A stretch of DNA of 63,623 nucleotides, filler included, from Dugesia japonica (taxonomy: Eukaryota), in NCBI GenBank assembly GCA_001938525.1. It is 6 parts of 6 records of this genome, joined end to end, with 100 filler letters (N's around TTAATTAATTAA, not from the genome) between each part and the next. Parts side by side here need not be neighbours in the genome. Positions count along the whole stretch, not along the records: positions 1 to 13,549 come from MQRL01472448.1; positions 13,650 to 27,349 come from MQRL01589065.1; 4 more parts are not named here. One strand, given 5' to 3'. The notes beneath the pieces were generated by a model. That model was not told the DNA's origin. It ran no database searches and saw only the letters and a program-made list of their open reading frames with translations. The first letter of the stretch is position 1, and each line of letters starts with the position of its first letter. Positions 12,273-23,620 of the stretch are shown in pieces. Both the position numbers and the translations under genes were made by a program.

Positions 12273-12517
12273 CTACCGGTGCAACAAGTCATCTAGATCG
12301 GCATTACTGGTAAACTTAAATAGGCCACTAATCATTGTTATGAGAGTGAAAAACACAAGTATGTATGTAATAATATGAGTAACACTCCTGAGGCAATGGG
12401 GCAGGCCATGACAGGGTTTATAGCCAAATTCACTAAAGTCCATACACAAATCTCGTAGTGACTCAGTGCCAGAATCAATATCACACACCAATTCGCATAA
12501 TTTCTTGTGGATTCCAT
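12273..12517 (-). CDS. Small Cys-containing hydrophobic (TM-like) ORF; frame ambiguous
   Basis: 72-aa frame with IITYILVFFTLITMISGLF overlaps a 59-aa ATG frame (MESTRNYANWCVILILAL..) that is also hydrophobic. Confidence 0.3.
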
Positions 12518-12689
12518 TTTACGCCAAAAGGCTAGTCTAAGTGATCATTGCATCAAAACAGAGAAATTGAATCGGATAATAATTATACTCGTGATATTTC
12601 TCAACACAGAAATAACACTGTCAATAACTACGATTTAGACTTTTCTGACATGGTGATCGTTATAGTCGTTGTTGGAATTTCAACAATTG

Positions 12690-12846
12690 GATTTATTTTA
12701 TAATTACAATTATTGTGAGAGTAAATGTTGAACTTAACCATTGATCGCATTTGAGATTTCATTAAAATAAGAAAAAGCTTCGATCAAAATAAAATTTATT
12801 TGTTAAAAGGTTCAAATTTTCGATAATAGTCTTCTTCAGATATTGG
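12690..12846 (-). repeat. Copy of short hammerhead-bearing (Penelope pLTR-like) repeat, degenerate core
   Basis: Matches 57995-58157; minus strand CTGAAGA-agactattatc-GAAA. Confidence 0.65.
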
Positions 12847-13549
12847 CTTCTTGAGATATTCAATACAATAGATCTTTGTCACTCAATTCTTTAAATTTTA
12901 TCGAAATTTTATTGGTTTATTTTTTTTATACTTTTAATTTTAACGATTTTAATTTTTATTTTTAAATCAACTCAAAAAATTTCAAAATTTTTTTTTCATT
13001 AATACAGAAAAGTCTTTTAGATATATTATACTAAGAATTTTTTAATTTTTTTAAATTTTTGTTATTTTTTTGAAAATTTTTAAAAATTTTATTGTGTTTT
13101 TTTAATATATAATTTATGTTATTTTAAATAAATGTTATTTTTTAAAAATTTCTTTTTTAAAAATCATTCAAAAAGGAACTAATTTTACATAAAATTATAA
13201 AATTAATTTTTTTTGAATTAAAATTTTTTTTAAAAGTTAAATTCGTATTAGGACAACTAATTAATATATATAATTAATATTATTTCGTTTTTTAAATTTT
13301 TTATATAAAAAATATATCTATTTTAAACATATTATTTATAGATATTGATATAAACTTTTTTTTTAAATCAAAAATATTTTTTCAAATATTTTAATTGTTG
13401 AACACTACATTAATCTGAGGTTTATATTCTTTAATTAAAATTTGTTCATGTTTCTTTCTGTGAAGTGTAGAAATTTAGCATGTTCCTAATGTTTTCCATG
13501 TAATATGATGATTTTCTGGTAAAACATTATGTTTGTTTTGAAAGTGTTT

Positions 13550-13649
13550 NNNNNNNNNNNNNNNNNNNNNNNNNNNNNNNNNNNNNNNNNNNNTTAATTA
13601 ATTAANNNNNNNNNNNNNNNNNNNNNNNNNNNNNNNNNNNNNNNNNNNN
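13550..13649. other. Artificial scaffold spacer
   Basis: N44-TTAATTAATTAA-N44, exactly 100 nt; identical spacers at 27350-27449, 36190-36289, 45228-45327, 55257-55356. Confidence 0.97.
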
Positions 13650-16600
13650 TTTTAGCGGATGGATGGCAACCAGAAGTGTATGGCAAATTTGAAGTTGAGT
13701 ATCAGGGGAGAACAGTATCGCATGAAATGACAGTATTGAAAATGAGTGAGGATTGCATATTGGAAACGGATCTAATTCTATTATTGATGAAAAATGTAGT
13801 TTTGGATATGACCACATTGAAAATATTGAATTCCAGAGAAAATTTATATATGAAGGATAATGAAGTATATACAAACGAAAAATTGGTGATACCGAGGAGG
13901 AGTCAAGTATTTTGTATTGCGAAAACCCAAGCAAACTGTAAAGAGGATATGAATTTTGAACCACATGAAGGGTTCTCAAAGCGATATAAATTGACCGGCG
14001 AGGGAAATAGTAAAATTGTCTGACGAAGGAAAAGTGCCAGTCAACGTACTGAATATGACAGAAGAAGATATTACGATATATCCAAATTCAAAAATCGNNN
14101 NNNNNNNNNNNNNNNNNNNNNNNNNNNNNNNNNNNNNNNNNNNNNNNNNNNNNNNNNNNNNNNNNNNNNNNNNNNNNNNNNNNNNNNNNNNNNNNNNNNN
14201 NNNNNNNNNNNNNNNNNNNNNNNNNNNNNNNNNNNNNNNNNNNNNNNNNNNNNNNNNNNNNNNNNNNNNNNNNNNNNNNNNNNNNNNNNNNNNNNNNNNN
14301 NNNNNNNNNNNNNNNGCGTGGACAGACAATGAATTAGGTACGTGTGCGGTGACAAAACATTCAATAGTATTAACAGACGAAACACCAATAAAGTTGCGAA
14401 CTTACAAACAAGCCGAAGCAAACCGAAAGATCTGTGAGGATAAAATTGACGAAATGCTAAAGTGTAAAGTAATCGAGTCAAGTTGTTCACTGCGGTAATT
14501 TCCAGTGGTATTGGTGAAAAAGAAAGATGGAACCATGAGATTCTGTATCGATTACAGACAACTAAATGCNNNNNNNNNNNNNNNNNNNNNNNNNNNNCCA
14601 GACATTAACGATATGTTAACGTTATTATATAATGCAAAGATATTAACGACATATGATTTGCAGAGTGGATATTGGCAAATCAAAATAGAGGAAGCAGACA
14701 AAGAGAAAACCACATTTTTAGCAGGCAAAGATTTATATCAATTTGTGCGAATGCCNNNNNNNNNNNNNNNNNNNNNNNNNNNNNNNNNNNNNNNNNNNNN
14801 NNNNNNNNNNNNNNNNNNNNNNNNNNNNNNNNNNNNNNNNNNNNNNNNNNNNNNNNNNNNNNNNNNNNNNNNNNNNNNNNNNNNNNNNNNNNNNNNNNNN
14901 NNNNNNNNNNNNNNNNNNNNNNNNNNNNNNNNNNNNNNNNNNNNNNNNNNNNNNNGACTTATTTGGGGCATCTGATATCAGACAAAGGAAAACAACCGGA
15001 TCCGACGAATATCGAAAAAATCAAGAATTTACCTGTGTCGATAAACGTGAACTACATTCAAGTGTTACTAGGAATGGCGAATTATTATCGAAAATTTATC
15101 AAAAGATTTGCGACAATCGTGAGACCTATTCAATCACTAGTGAAACAAGACGTAAAATTCATTTGGACAGATGAGCATCAAAAAGCATTTGAAACAATTC
15201 TAGAAAAGTTAATGACGGCACTGATATTGGTACAACCAGATTTTAGGAAATCATTTAGACTTGCAACGGATGCAAGCGGTTACGCAATGGGTGCAGTATT
15301 AAGTCAATTAGATGAAGAAGGACGAGAAAGAGTGATCGGATATTTTAGTAAAACATTNNNNNNNNNNNNNNNNNNNNNNNNNNNNNNNNNNNNNNNNNNN
15401 NNNNNNNNNNNNNNNNNNNNNNNNNNNNNNNNNNNNNNNNNNNNNNNNNNNNNNNNNNNNNNNNNNNNNNNNNNNNNNNNNNNNNNNNNNNNNNNNNNNN
15501 NNNNNNNNNNNNNNNNNNNNNNNNNNNNNNNNNNNNNNNNNNNNNNNNNNNNNNNNNNNNNNNNNNNNNNNNNNNNNNNNNNNNNNNNNNNNNNNNNNNN
15601 NNNNNNNNNNNNNATTACAAGCAAATAGAATAGCCAAATGGGCGATGAAGTTACAAGAATATGCACCGCTGGTCAAATACAAAACTGGAAAAGCAAGAGC
15701 AAAATTTACAGACGAACCAGAAGAAGTGTTAGAAAATAAAGCAGCCAGGGGTGAATGGATAGACTTACAGCAATTGATGAATCGAGACATACGATCTTTA
15801 TGTATGATATTGGCAGAGAATAAAGATTTTACCGGATTAAAAAAGGATCAGTACTAGGACGAGGAAGTGAAAATAATACTAGAGTATATATCTCACTTTG
15901 ACTTGAGTAAAGTGGAGTGTAACAAAGCGATTAAAGAACACTTAAAGAAACGAGGTGGTAGATATACCATGGTAAATGAGTGGTTAATGATGAAGAAAGG
16001 TGATCAACTATTATTGGTAATACCAAAATGTAGACGAGTAAAAATACTTGAGCAGTACCAAAATGGAATTCTAGGAGGTCATATGTCAGCAAAGAAAACT
16101 GAATCAAAATTACGAGCTAAATATTATTGGCCTCANNNNNNNNNNNNNNNNNNNNNNNNNNNNNNNNNNNNNNNNNNNNNNNNNNNNNNNNNNNNNNNNN
16201 NNNNNNNNNNNNNNNNNNNNNNNNNNNNNNNNNNNNNNNNNNNNNNNNNNNNNNNNNNNNNNNNNNNNNNNNNNNNNNNNNNNNNNNNNNNNNNNNNNNN
16301 NNNNNNNNNNNNNNNNNNNNNNNNNNNNNNNNNNNNNNNNGGCATTTGCATTAAAGGATCAAAAAGCGTCGACAATCGCCAGAGTATTAGTCGATAAGTT
16401 ATTCAGTCGGTATGGACCACCGAAAACGATATTGACAGATCAAGGAAAGAACTTCATGAGTGAATTAATGAAAGAAATGACTAGTTATTTTAATATTCAT
16501 AAAGTACGGATATTGGTGTATCATCCACAAACGGATGGAATAACGGAGCAATTCAATCAGACATTGACTAGAATGTTATCGAGTTATGCGACGAAATTCC

Positions 16601-17510
16601 AGAGAGATTGGGACAAACATTTGAATTTGTGTTTANNNNNNNNNNNNNNNNNNNNNNNNNNNNNNNNNNNNNNNNNNNNNNNNNNNNNNNATGTACGGTC
16701 GAGAATGTAATATGCCAATAGATTTGGAGCATCAGCCACCGATATCGCAGTACATGGGCGAAGATGATTATGTTACTGGTATGAAAGAGAGAATGCGAGA
16801 AATATAGAAATTGGCAGCGTTAAATGCGAAATTTAATCAAGAAAGTTATAANNNNNNNNNNNNNNNNNNNNNNNNNNNNNNNNNNNNNNNNNNNNNNNNN
16901 NGAGAACATCCCGCAACAAAAGCTTCACCTTTTAAACTTATGTACGGTCGAGAATGTAATATGCCAATAGATTTGGAGCATCAGCCACCGATATCGCAGT
17001 ACATGGGCGAAGATGATTATGTTACTGGTATGAAAGAGAGAATGCGAGAAATATAGAAATTGGCAGCGTTAAATGCGAAATTTAATCAAGAAAGTTATAA
17101 GGAATTGTATGATCGAGAAACAAAGCCCCGTACGTTTAAAAAGGGTGATATGATACTGATTAATACATCAACAATTGAAATTGGAACCACAGATAAATTA
17201 AAACGACCAAACAAAGGACCGTATTTAGTGTTAAAAACAACTGCAAAAAATCTAAAAGTAAAGGAAGTTGGAAAGCCACTCAAGAAGCCAAGTATTGTTC
17301 ATGTATCGAAATGTAAACTAGCAACAACCCAAGACGACAATGATAAAGAAAGCGATGAGGAGACTGTTGAAAGAGTGAGACGAGTCAAGGTCAAGCCAAA
17401 AACGGAGGACAGTGACGAGGAGGTCAAACAAAACTTTAAAAAGACAAAAGGAGTTAGTTTCAAACCGAGATTAATTGATGAGGAGAATCGATACCCAATC
17501 AGGTCCAGAC
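13650..17510 (+). pseudogene. gypsy pol: protease end, RT, RNase H, integrase
   Basis: VLVKKKDGTMRFCIDYRQLN; DLQSGYWQI; YLGHLIS; LATDASGYAMGAVLSQ; GGHMSAKKT..YYWP; TDQGKNF..YHPQTDG; GPY motif; C-terminal RYPIRSR. Confidence 0.95.
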
Positions 17511-20500
17511 AGCAAATAATGATGATAATGGGGAAAACAATCAAAGCGGTAGACGTCAATGTGAGTACATGCAATCAGAGGAATCTAGTCTTGCGATGTA
17601 AAATATGTCACTGTACAAGTTCTATTACAGTGCCATTAAATAAAGTGCTTATGAGCAAAATATGTTTTCACTGTTTACAATCGATTTATGATAACTTAAC
17701 GTTGATGGAGAAAAGTGTCAAACGAGAATCATTACAAGAGGATAGGAAGGAACCCAATCGTTCCACATGTGAATAATGTAATGAAATAGCGTTCAAACAG
17801 AAAGTAGACTCGGACTTATATCAGCAATGGTGTAATAGTTACCTGTGTAAGGCTAAAGGAATTATTGACAATGAATTGGAGGGCTTACATGTACATATGA
17901 GAGGATCAACAGCAGCCAATTCTATTAGACGAGATATAGAATTAACTCATGACGAAATTTTACAAAAATTCAAATTAAATGATCAATTAAAAATTTATGA
18001 AAATAGACGAGATATGCTTAATCAATATTATTCTTCAGTGACGGACGACTGGAAGAAAGGAAATCGAAAATGCGACAATCCAAGATGTGGACGATATAAC
18101 ATGAAAGGACTAATTCCCCAAATTCAGACAACGATAACGGGGGAAATGGTTACGATTCACTAGAGGAAGTGGTAAAAAGCGGGATGATGGACTATTGTGA
18201 ATTAAGCGGACGACCACCGCATGCAGAGTAGGGGGATACACCAAAAATCACTAAATTAAAGGATGCTGTATGGGAGGAGTTTTTGACACAACAAAAGAAG
18301 TATGAAGCAGAGAATAGTCAGAGAGTCAAAGCTGAGGAAGACGATATATTTAACGCAGAGACGATAGCTATGATGAGAGCGTATTTTATAGATAGTGTTG
18401 ATTCCAACAGCCGTACTAGAAAAGATTAAGGCGTGCGGTGAAGGATGTTATCAAAAATGGATCCAGGAACATAAAAAGGAAGGAAAACCGAGATTACCGG
18501 AACATAAAGACAAAAAGACGCCCGGAGAGCGGCCAACGTCAAAAGAGGAGCGAAAAAGAAAGGAAAAAAATAAGGAAATAGAAACTGCAATATTATTAAC
18601 AGTAGAAAGAGTATTGCGTCGTGGAATGGACATACCTAAAGAGAAAAAGTTGGAAATGCAAGCGTATTATCAAAGGAGAAAACGCAAATGGTGTGCAGAA
18701 CGTCCAGGAGAAAAGTTTCCCACGATACGGGATGGGTATAGGATGGAGAGATGGCCGAGAGATCAAGAACTCCAAAAGTATCATGAACGAGAGTATAAGA
18801 GAATGCGGTGTGCTTTACAAAAAGCTAGAGGAATATTTAAAAATTGAGGAATCGTACAACGGAAAATCTCTTATCGAACAAGATTGCGAAGAGCGATTCA
18901 TAAGAAGTGAAGATATGGTAATTGAGTACCAGAGAATAGCAGATGTGTATCCACATCCATTGTTGGTAGAAGAGAGTGAAGCGATGAAAAAATAATACCT
19001 ACAAGCAATGCAGCGTAAAGCAAAACAAGAAAAAGAACAGGATTCGAGCAAGCGCCAAAGTCAAGTGGAGATGTGGAAATAAGAATGGGGCAAACAATTG
19101 CAAAAATGTTATGGAATCACGGAACCAGAAACGAAAACTAAAACGCTAAAGGAAGCAGAAACATTGAACTTTTGAGGGATTATTGAGGACGACACAAAAG
19201 ATAATGACAAAGTTGAGGACGAGATAGTAGTAATTGGAATGATGGACCTTAAGGGCAATGTCCTGTTTGAGATGCCTTTTACACCTGAGTTAATGAAGGA
19301 GATTAGAGCAATTCAAGAAAAACAAGAAGAAAGAAAGGTTGGAACAAGACAATATGAGTGTGGAGTGAAAAAGAATCAAATAATAGAACAAGAAATTAAC
19401 TTAGTGATGGAACAGGCAACGATTAAAGAACCGAGTCGAGGAACTCCGTTACCAGAACCACCACAAATGGAAATGACACGTCAGAAGGAAATTATGTATA
19501 CCCGATGAAGAAATCCGAATCACAGGACCCTGTTTACGAAAATGAGTCAGGAGATCTAAAGGTGGAAACAAAGAGGACATACTTCTTACCTACAATCAGA
19601 ATTCGGGATTATTCGAAGCCAACAGAGAGTGTAGTTTTTACTACTACCACTATATTCATGTGTTCTATTCTACGCGTGACCGGTATGAGCCAGTCTGGCT
19701 CGGATTCAGAGGCAAATGTCAGAAAAAACGGGCGGGGTATATCTCGCAAGTCTGGAGAATCGAACTACGGGGAGTGATGGGAATTCAATGGAACCGGTTC
19801 CCATTAGGTATATGGAGACAGCACGCCACCTTACGAAAAGAAGAGTGGCCTATGATGGATATGAAAATGCGTATAGTAGACAAAGAGATGCAGAAGTTAC
19901 GTTCCAAGGGTCACGTAGAAGAAAATGGTTTTTTCGGATTAAGCAATATCAGTCTTTAACATATTGGATGCAAGACGGGATGTTACAAGAATATAGATGG
20001 GAACGTAACCAAAACGAAATGATAATGAAGCTTAATCAAGAAAATGTGGAGTGGTTAGAATTAGAATATATATTATTAGACGAGATGCCACCGAGCAACA
20101 AGGCAATAACCGTCAAACCGACGACAAAAGGGAGAACAAAAGCGAAAACCTACTTAAAGACGGCAATGGTCAAGTCAACAACAGAGAAGTGGAGGACGAG
20201 GGTGTATTCAAAAATGACAACGACAGCGATAACAACTATCATGAAGAGAGGTACGACAGAAACCAGTGTACAAAGTAAAAGGAGGAACCATATGATGACG
20301 GGGTATGCGAAAACGACAACTGAAAGTGAATCAACGAGGAAGCCATCGAATGTATTAAATAAACANNNNNNNNNNNNNNNNNNNNNNNNNNNNNNNNNNN
20401 NNNNNNNNNNNNNNNNNNNNNNNNNNNNNNNNNNNNNNNNNNNNNNNNNNNNNNNNNNNNNNNNNNNNNNNNNNNNNNNNNNNNNNNNNNNNNNNNNNNN

Positions 20501-20714
20501 NNNNNNNNNNNGTGGTGGAGTAGCGGGCGTCATTACGATTATCATGATGACGATTATAACAATATTAATTTGTAAAGCGAAACGAGGGCAGTATTCGAGA
20601 CTGCGTTTGGAACCGGAATTAAGAGAATTGACAGCAAAATATTTGCATCCGCCAAGAGAGTTGGTGCGATCGGGAGTTCCAGAGGGAGGAACTGGGTTGC
20701 TATGGAGTTATTGA
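17511..20714 (+). pseudogene. Decayed ~1000-codon extension of pol: Cys-rich part, charged helical region, putative ectodomain, Thr-rich stalk, TM helix and short tail
   Basis: In frame with integrase; CxxC pairs (CKIC, CFHC, CE*C); 17060 and 17876 ORFs share a frame across one stop; TM GGVAGVITIIMMTIITILIC followed by KAKR. Confidence 0.6.
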
Positions 20715-20930
20715 GGAGAATAGTGAGAGTGAAGTTGTAAATAAATTTCCTGAAATTTAACAGTAAGGTACACAATTTAGTTTTGAGTAGCTCNAAATGT
20801 AAAGTAGAGCATAGCTGATTAAATTGAAATTAAAATGTGAATTAGTTGAATAAATTTGAATTTTATATGGATCACTATAAAATTTATCGTAGTATTTAGT
20901 TAGTAAAGAATGGAACAGAAACAGATAACA

Positions 20931-21425
20931 ATGAACGGACAACTAGCAGTAAATGTGGATCTAGACGACTTCGACAGAGCAATTACGGAGGAACCATGAC
21001 AAACGTATACCCAGATGCTTAATCAACTTTTAAATCCTTATTTTACAATGGAAATTTTGTGGGACGAACACTGCCGAAGCGTAATGAGAAATTCAGATAT
21101 GTTAAACGAGCAACTTCAACAGACACGACAATTAAACGCAATCCTTGTGGAGAATGTAAATTTTCATGTGTTGCAGATACATCGACTGAATAAAATAGTA
21201 GAGAATCAGAGACGACAGATTACCGAGAATCAGAATTTTTACCTACAAACTTTGAGTGGAACTAACAAAATAGTAGAGGATCTGAGACACCAAGTGGATG
21301 AGTTACAAGCCTATAATGCAGAGCTTATTCTATCCGGAATTAATCGACTACCGAGCGTATCCGCCATCCTGAACACTATCGAGACGAGCGAGAGGATGTG
21401 GTATCGAGAAGAGAGTAATGTATGA
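20931..21425 (+). CDS. Accessory coiled-coil ORF (one internal stop upstream of 21015)
   Basis: ATG at 20931 in frame with track ORF 21015-21425; heptads IVEDLRHQVDELQAYNAEL; AATAAA at 21518. Confidence 0.6.
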
Positions 21426-21588
21426 TAAAAGGTGCTAAAACGTAGAGTATTGTAAAGTATGTGTGTTAAATAGTAACTGTATTACTATTCAAAAAAAATC
21501 AAAAACAGTAAAAGTATAATAAAAGTAGAGTGGCAATTATATTTATTTAATCAGTGCGTAATCAGAATAATTCCAATTTGTATATAGA

Positions 21589-21809
21589 ATGTCTGAAGAT
21601 TTTCAAAGGCTGTGGAGTTGTGGGGTGGAGACGATCACGATAGAGAAGTCAAGTTTGGAACAGAAATCAATCGCAGAATTACAATTTCGGTATTAAATTT
21701 ACCTTGTGAGCATGTAGCAGTTTGTCAAAAATGTCACCAGAGAAACGAGTTTAAGCGATGTGAAGTGTGTAAATGTCCAATAGAGGAGTGGCATGTGGTG
21801 TATTTATGA
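21589..21809 (+). pseudogene. IAP/MDM2-type C-terminal RING finger (C3HC4_3-like), first CxxC missing
   Basis: LPCEHVAVCQKC..RCEVCKCPIEEWHVVYL*; tatag|aATG upstream but out of frame; TGTAAATAAA at 21828-21837. Confidence 0.75.
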
Positions 21810-21996
21810 GTGGAATACCCGGTAAATTGTAAATAAAAATAAAATCAGGAAACAGTACAGTAAAAGTAACAAAGGAAGCAATATTAAAACAATTGGTACA
21901 TATCAGTCTCAATTAAAAGTTGAATTATCAGTAACTCCCAATATCTTAATATGTAGATATTCCATATTATGATTTACGTATATTTCAATTAAGAGA

Positions 21997-22984
21997 ATGG
22001 CATCCAGATATCAGAAAAGTATGAGTCGACAACGAGTGCGATCAAAAGATATTTTGAGAAAAGTAATTCCATCAACAATGACAACTCCCGTCTATATTAC
22101 TAACCGAGAACACAGGAAAATAAAGCGAGTGAACAGCTACGCGGTGGCGAGTCGCCGAAATTACAGTCAAATATACTTGAAATAGAGGATCAGGTTGATT
22201 CATGTTGCAGATCAAGTTGAATCAATCCAAATCCAATCCCCAAGGTCACGATGAACCATTTGATGAAATAGAACAATCCCGAGCTCAGTGGAAACAGGCA
22301 TGTTTAGCCAAAGAAGAGAAAATACATCAACTACAACTGGAATTGTCATCCATGCAAAAAAGACATCTAGATCAGGTCAAAGAATTAGAAACGGAGATCA
22401 AGTGGCAGAGCAAGAAAATAAAAATGCTCGAGAAAACCATGGAAAATAATAACGAAATCAGAATTGTGAATCAACGAACTCCCCAAGTGAAGACGAATAA
22501 ATTGCAAGAAGAAATCGATCAATTAATAAAAGAAAGTCGAAACCAACAATCGCAAAGAGAACAAGATATGATCGAAATTCAAAACCTAGAAAATGCCGTA
22601 AAGCATCTGCGCGATGAGAATGTTCTCTTAAAGGAAACTCCTATTCGAGTAGTAATCCCTCCACGTCAAATTAAAACTACAAAGCGAGAACAGACCTTTT
22701 ATACCTATAAAATCAATGGGCGATCAGTAGCCCCACAAATCAGCTTATTAGACCAAAGAGCGAATCATAAAAGAAAAGATCAAGTGTCTCAATTTTCCCG
22801 TCAATTTCCCAATTCTCAGTCCAGTCAATCCAGCCCATCCTATCCTACGACTTGGACAAATGAACAATCGCAATGGCCATATTCAGCGTCCGAAGAGGAT
22901 CTGTTCAAAAGGTTAAAAATCTGGTTAAAAGGGAATAACTGGACTCAGAGAACTCGGAAAAAGTTCGGAAAAGAAAATTCATAA
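21997..22984 (+). pseudogene. Accessory long coiled-coil ORF with basic N-terminus and S/Q/P-rich tail (frameshift near 22185)
   Basis: aagag|aATG at 21997; heptads EEKIHQLQLELSSMQKRH..LQEEIDQLIKE..IQNLENAVKHLRDENVLL; AATAAA at 23058. Confidence 0.6.
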
Positions 22985-23196
22985 GCAGAACTAGGTCATA
23001 AATAATGACGGAGATTACATTATTGATTAACTTATTATGGTAAAAAGAAATGTTCTCAATAAAGGTTTTAAATTATTAAAAAATCGCCGAAAATTATGTT
23101 ACAACTTAATTACAAATAATTATAATCTGACTTTTTTCTTGTTAAAATGAATCAAAAATCTACATTATTTTTCGTTTTCATAATAATAATTAGTAA

Positions 23197-23620
23197 AAGA
23201 TTGGAAAGTGGTATATTGAAAAGTTAAGACGCAATTGTATTCGTCGTTCCAGATTCAATGAAGGCGTTCAACCATTAACTACGTTCAAGATCTCAATACC
23301 CACAGAAGTGAAATTTAATTCTTATGTCACTGCGGATAACAATCTCCTAGTTGCAGATATTCCATCTACTCATGACATTCTAAATCAACTACTAGCACCA
23401 AATTTAAACGATGTAAATGTTGATGATGACAACTTTATTGATGTTCTACTCGATCTGACTATTCACGACCGCATGTGAATGGTGGGCGAATCTACGACGT
23501 CTTTTGGAAACATTGAATGAAGTCCTCACAATTACCACGAAATCTAGAACTACGGAGATCACAGAGTCTGATTGCGATGAAGCCAAGGACAATGAGTCTG
23601 AGATGGAAGATCTAAATTAG
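23197..23620 (+). pseudogene. Fourth accessory ORF, acidic, decayed (absent from ORF track)
   Basis: Stop-free frame KIGKWYIEKLRRNCIRRSRFNEGVQP..DVNVDDDNFIDVLLDL to 23478; acidic tail in a shifted frame ends TAG at 23620. Confidence 0.45.

Larger units (their letters stand above)
9451..12685 (-). mobile_element. 3.2-kb TG...CA-bounded block with a row of small spliced ORF modules; candidate giant solo LTR or accessory cassette
   Basis: Ends TGTTGGGGTTCC ... GGAATTTCAACA (9/12 inverted match); no TSD found; five co-oriented, relatively GC-rich ORF islands separated by AT-rich spacers. Confidence 0.45.

Noticed and set aside
13594-13605. TTAATTAATTAA as a recurring biological motif
   Set aside because: Always centred in a 100-nt N spacer; synthetic linker
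16691-17100. 160-bp direct repeat in integrase (16691-16851 vs 16940-17100)
   Set aside because: Identical including the premature TAG and bounded by N gaps; assembly overlap artefact
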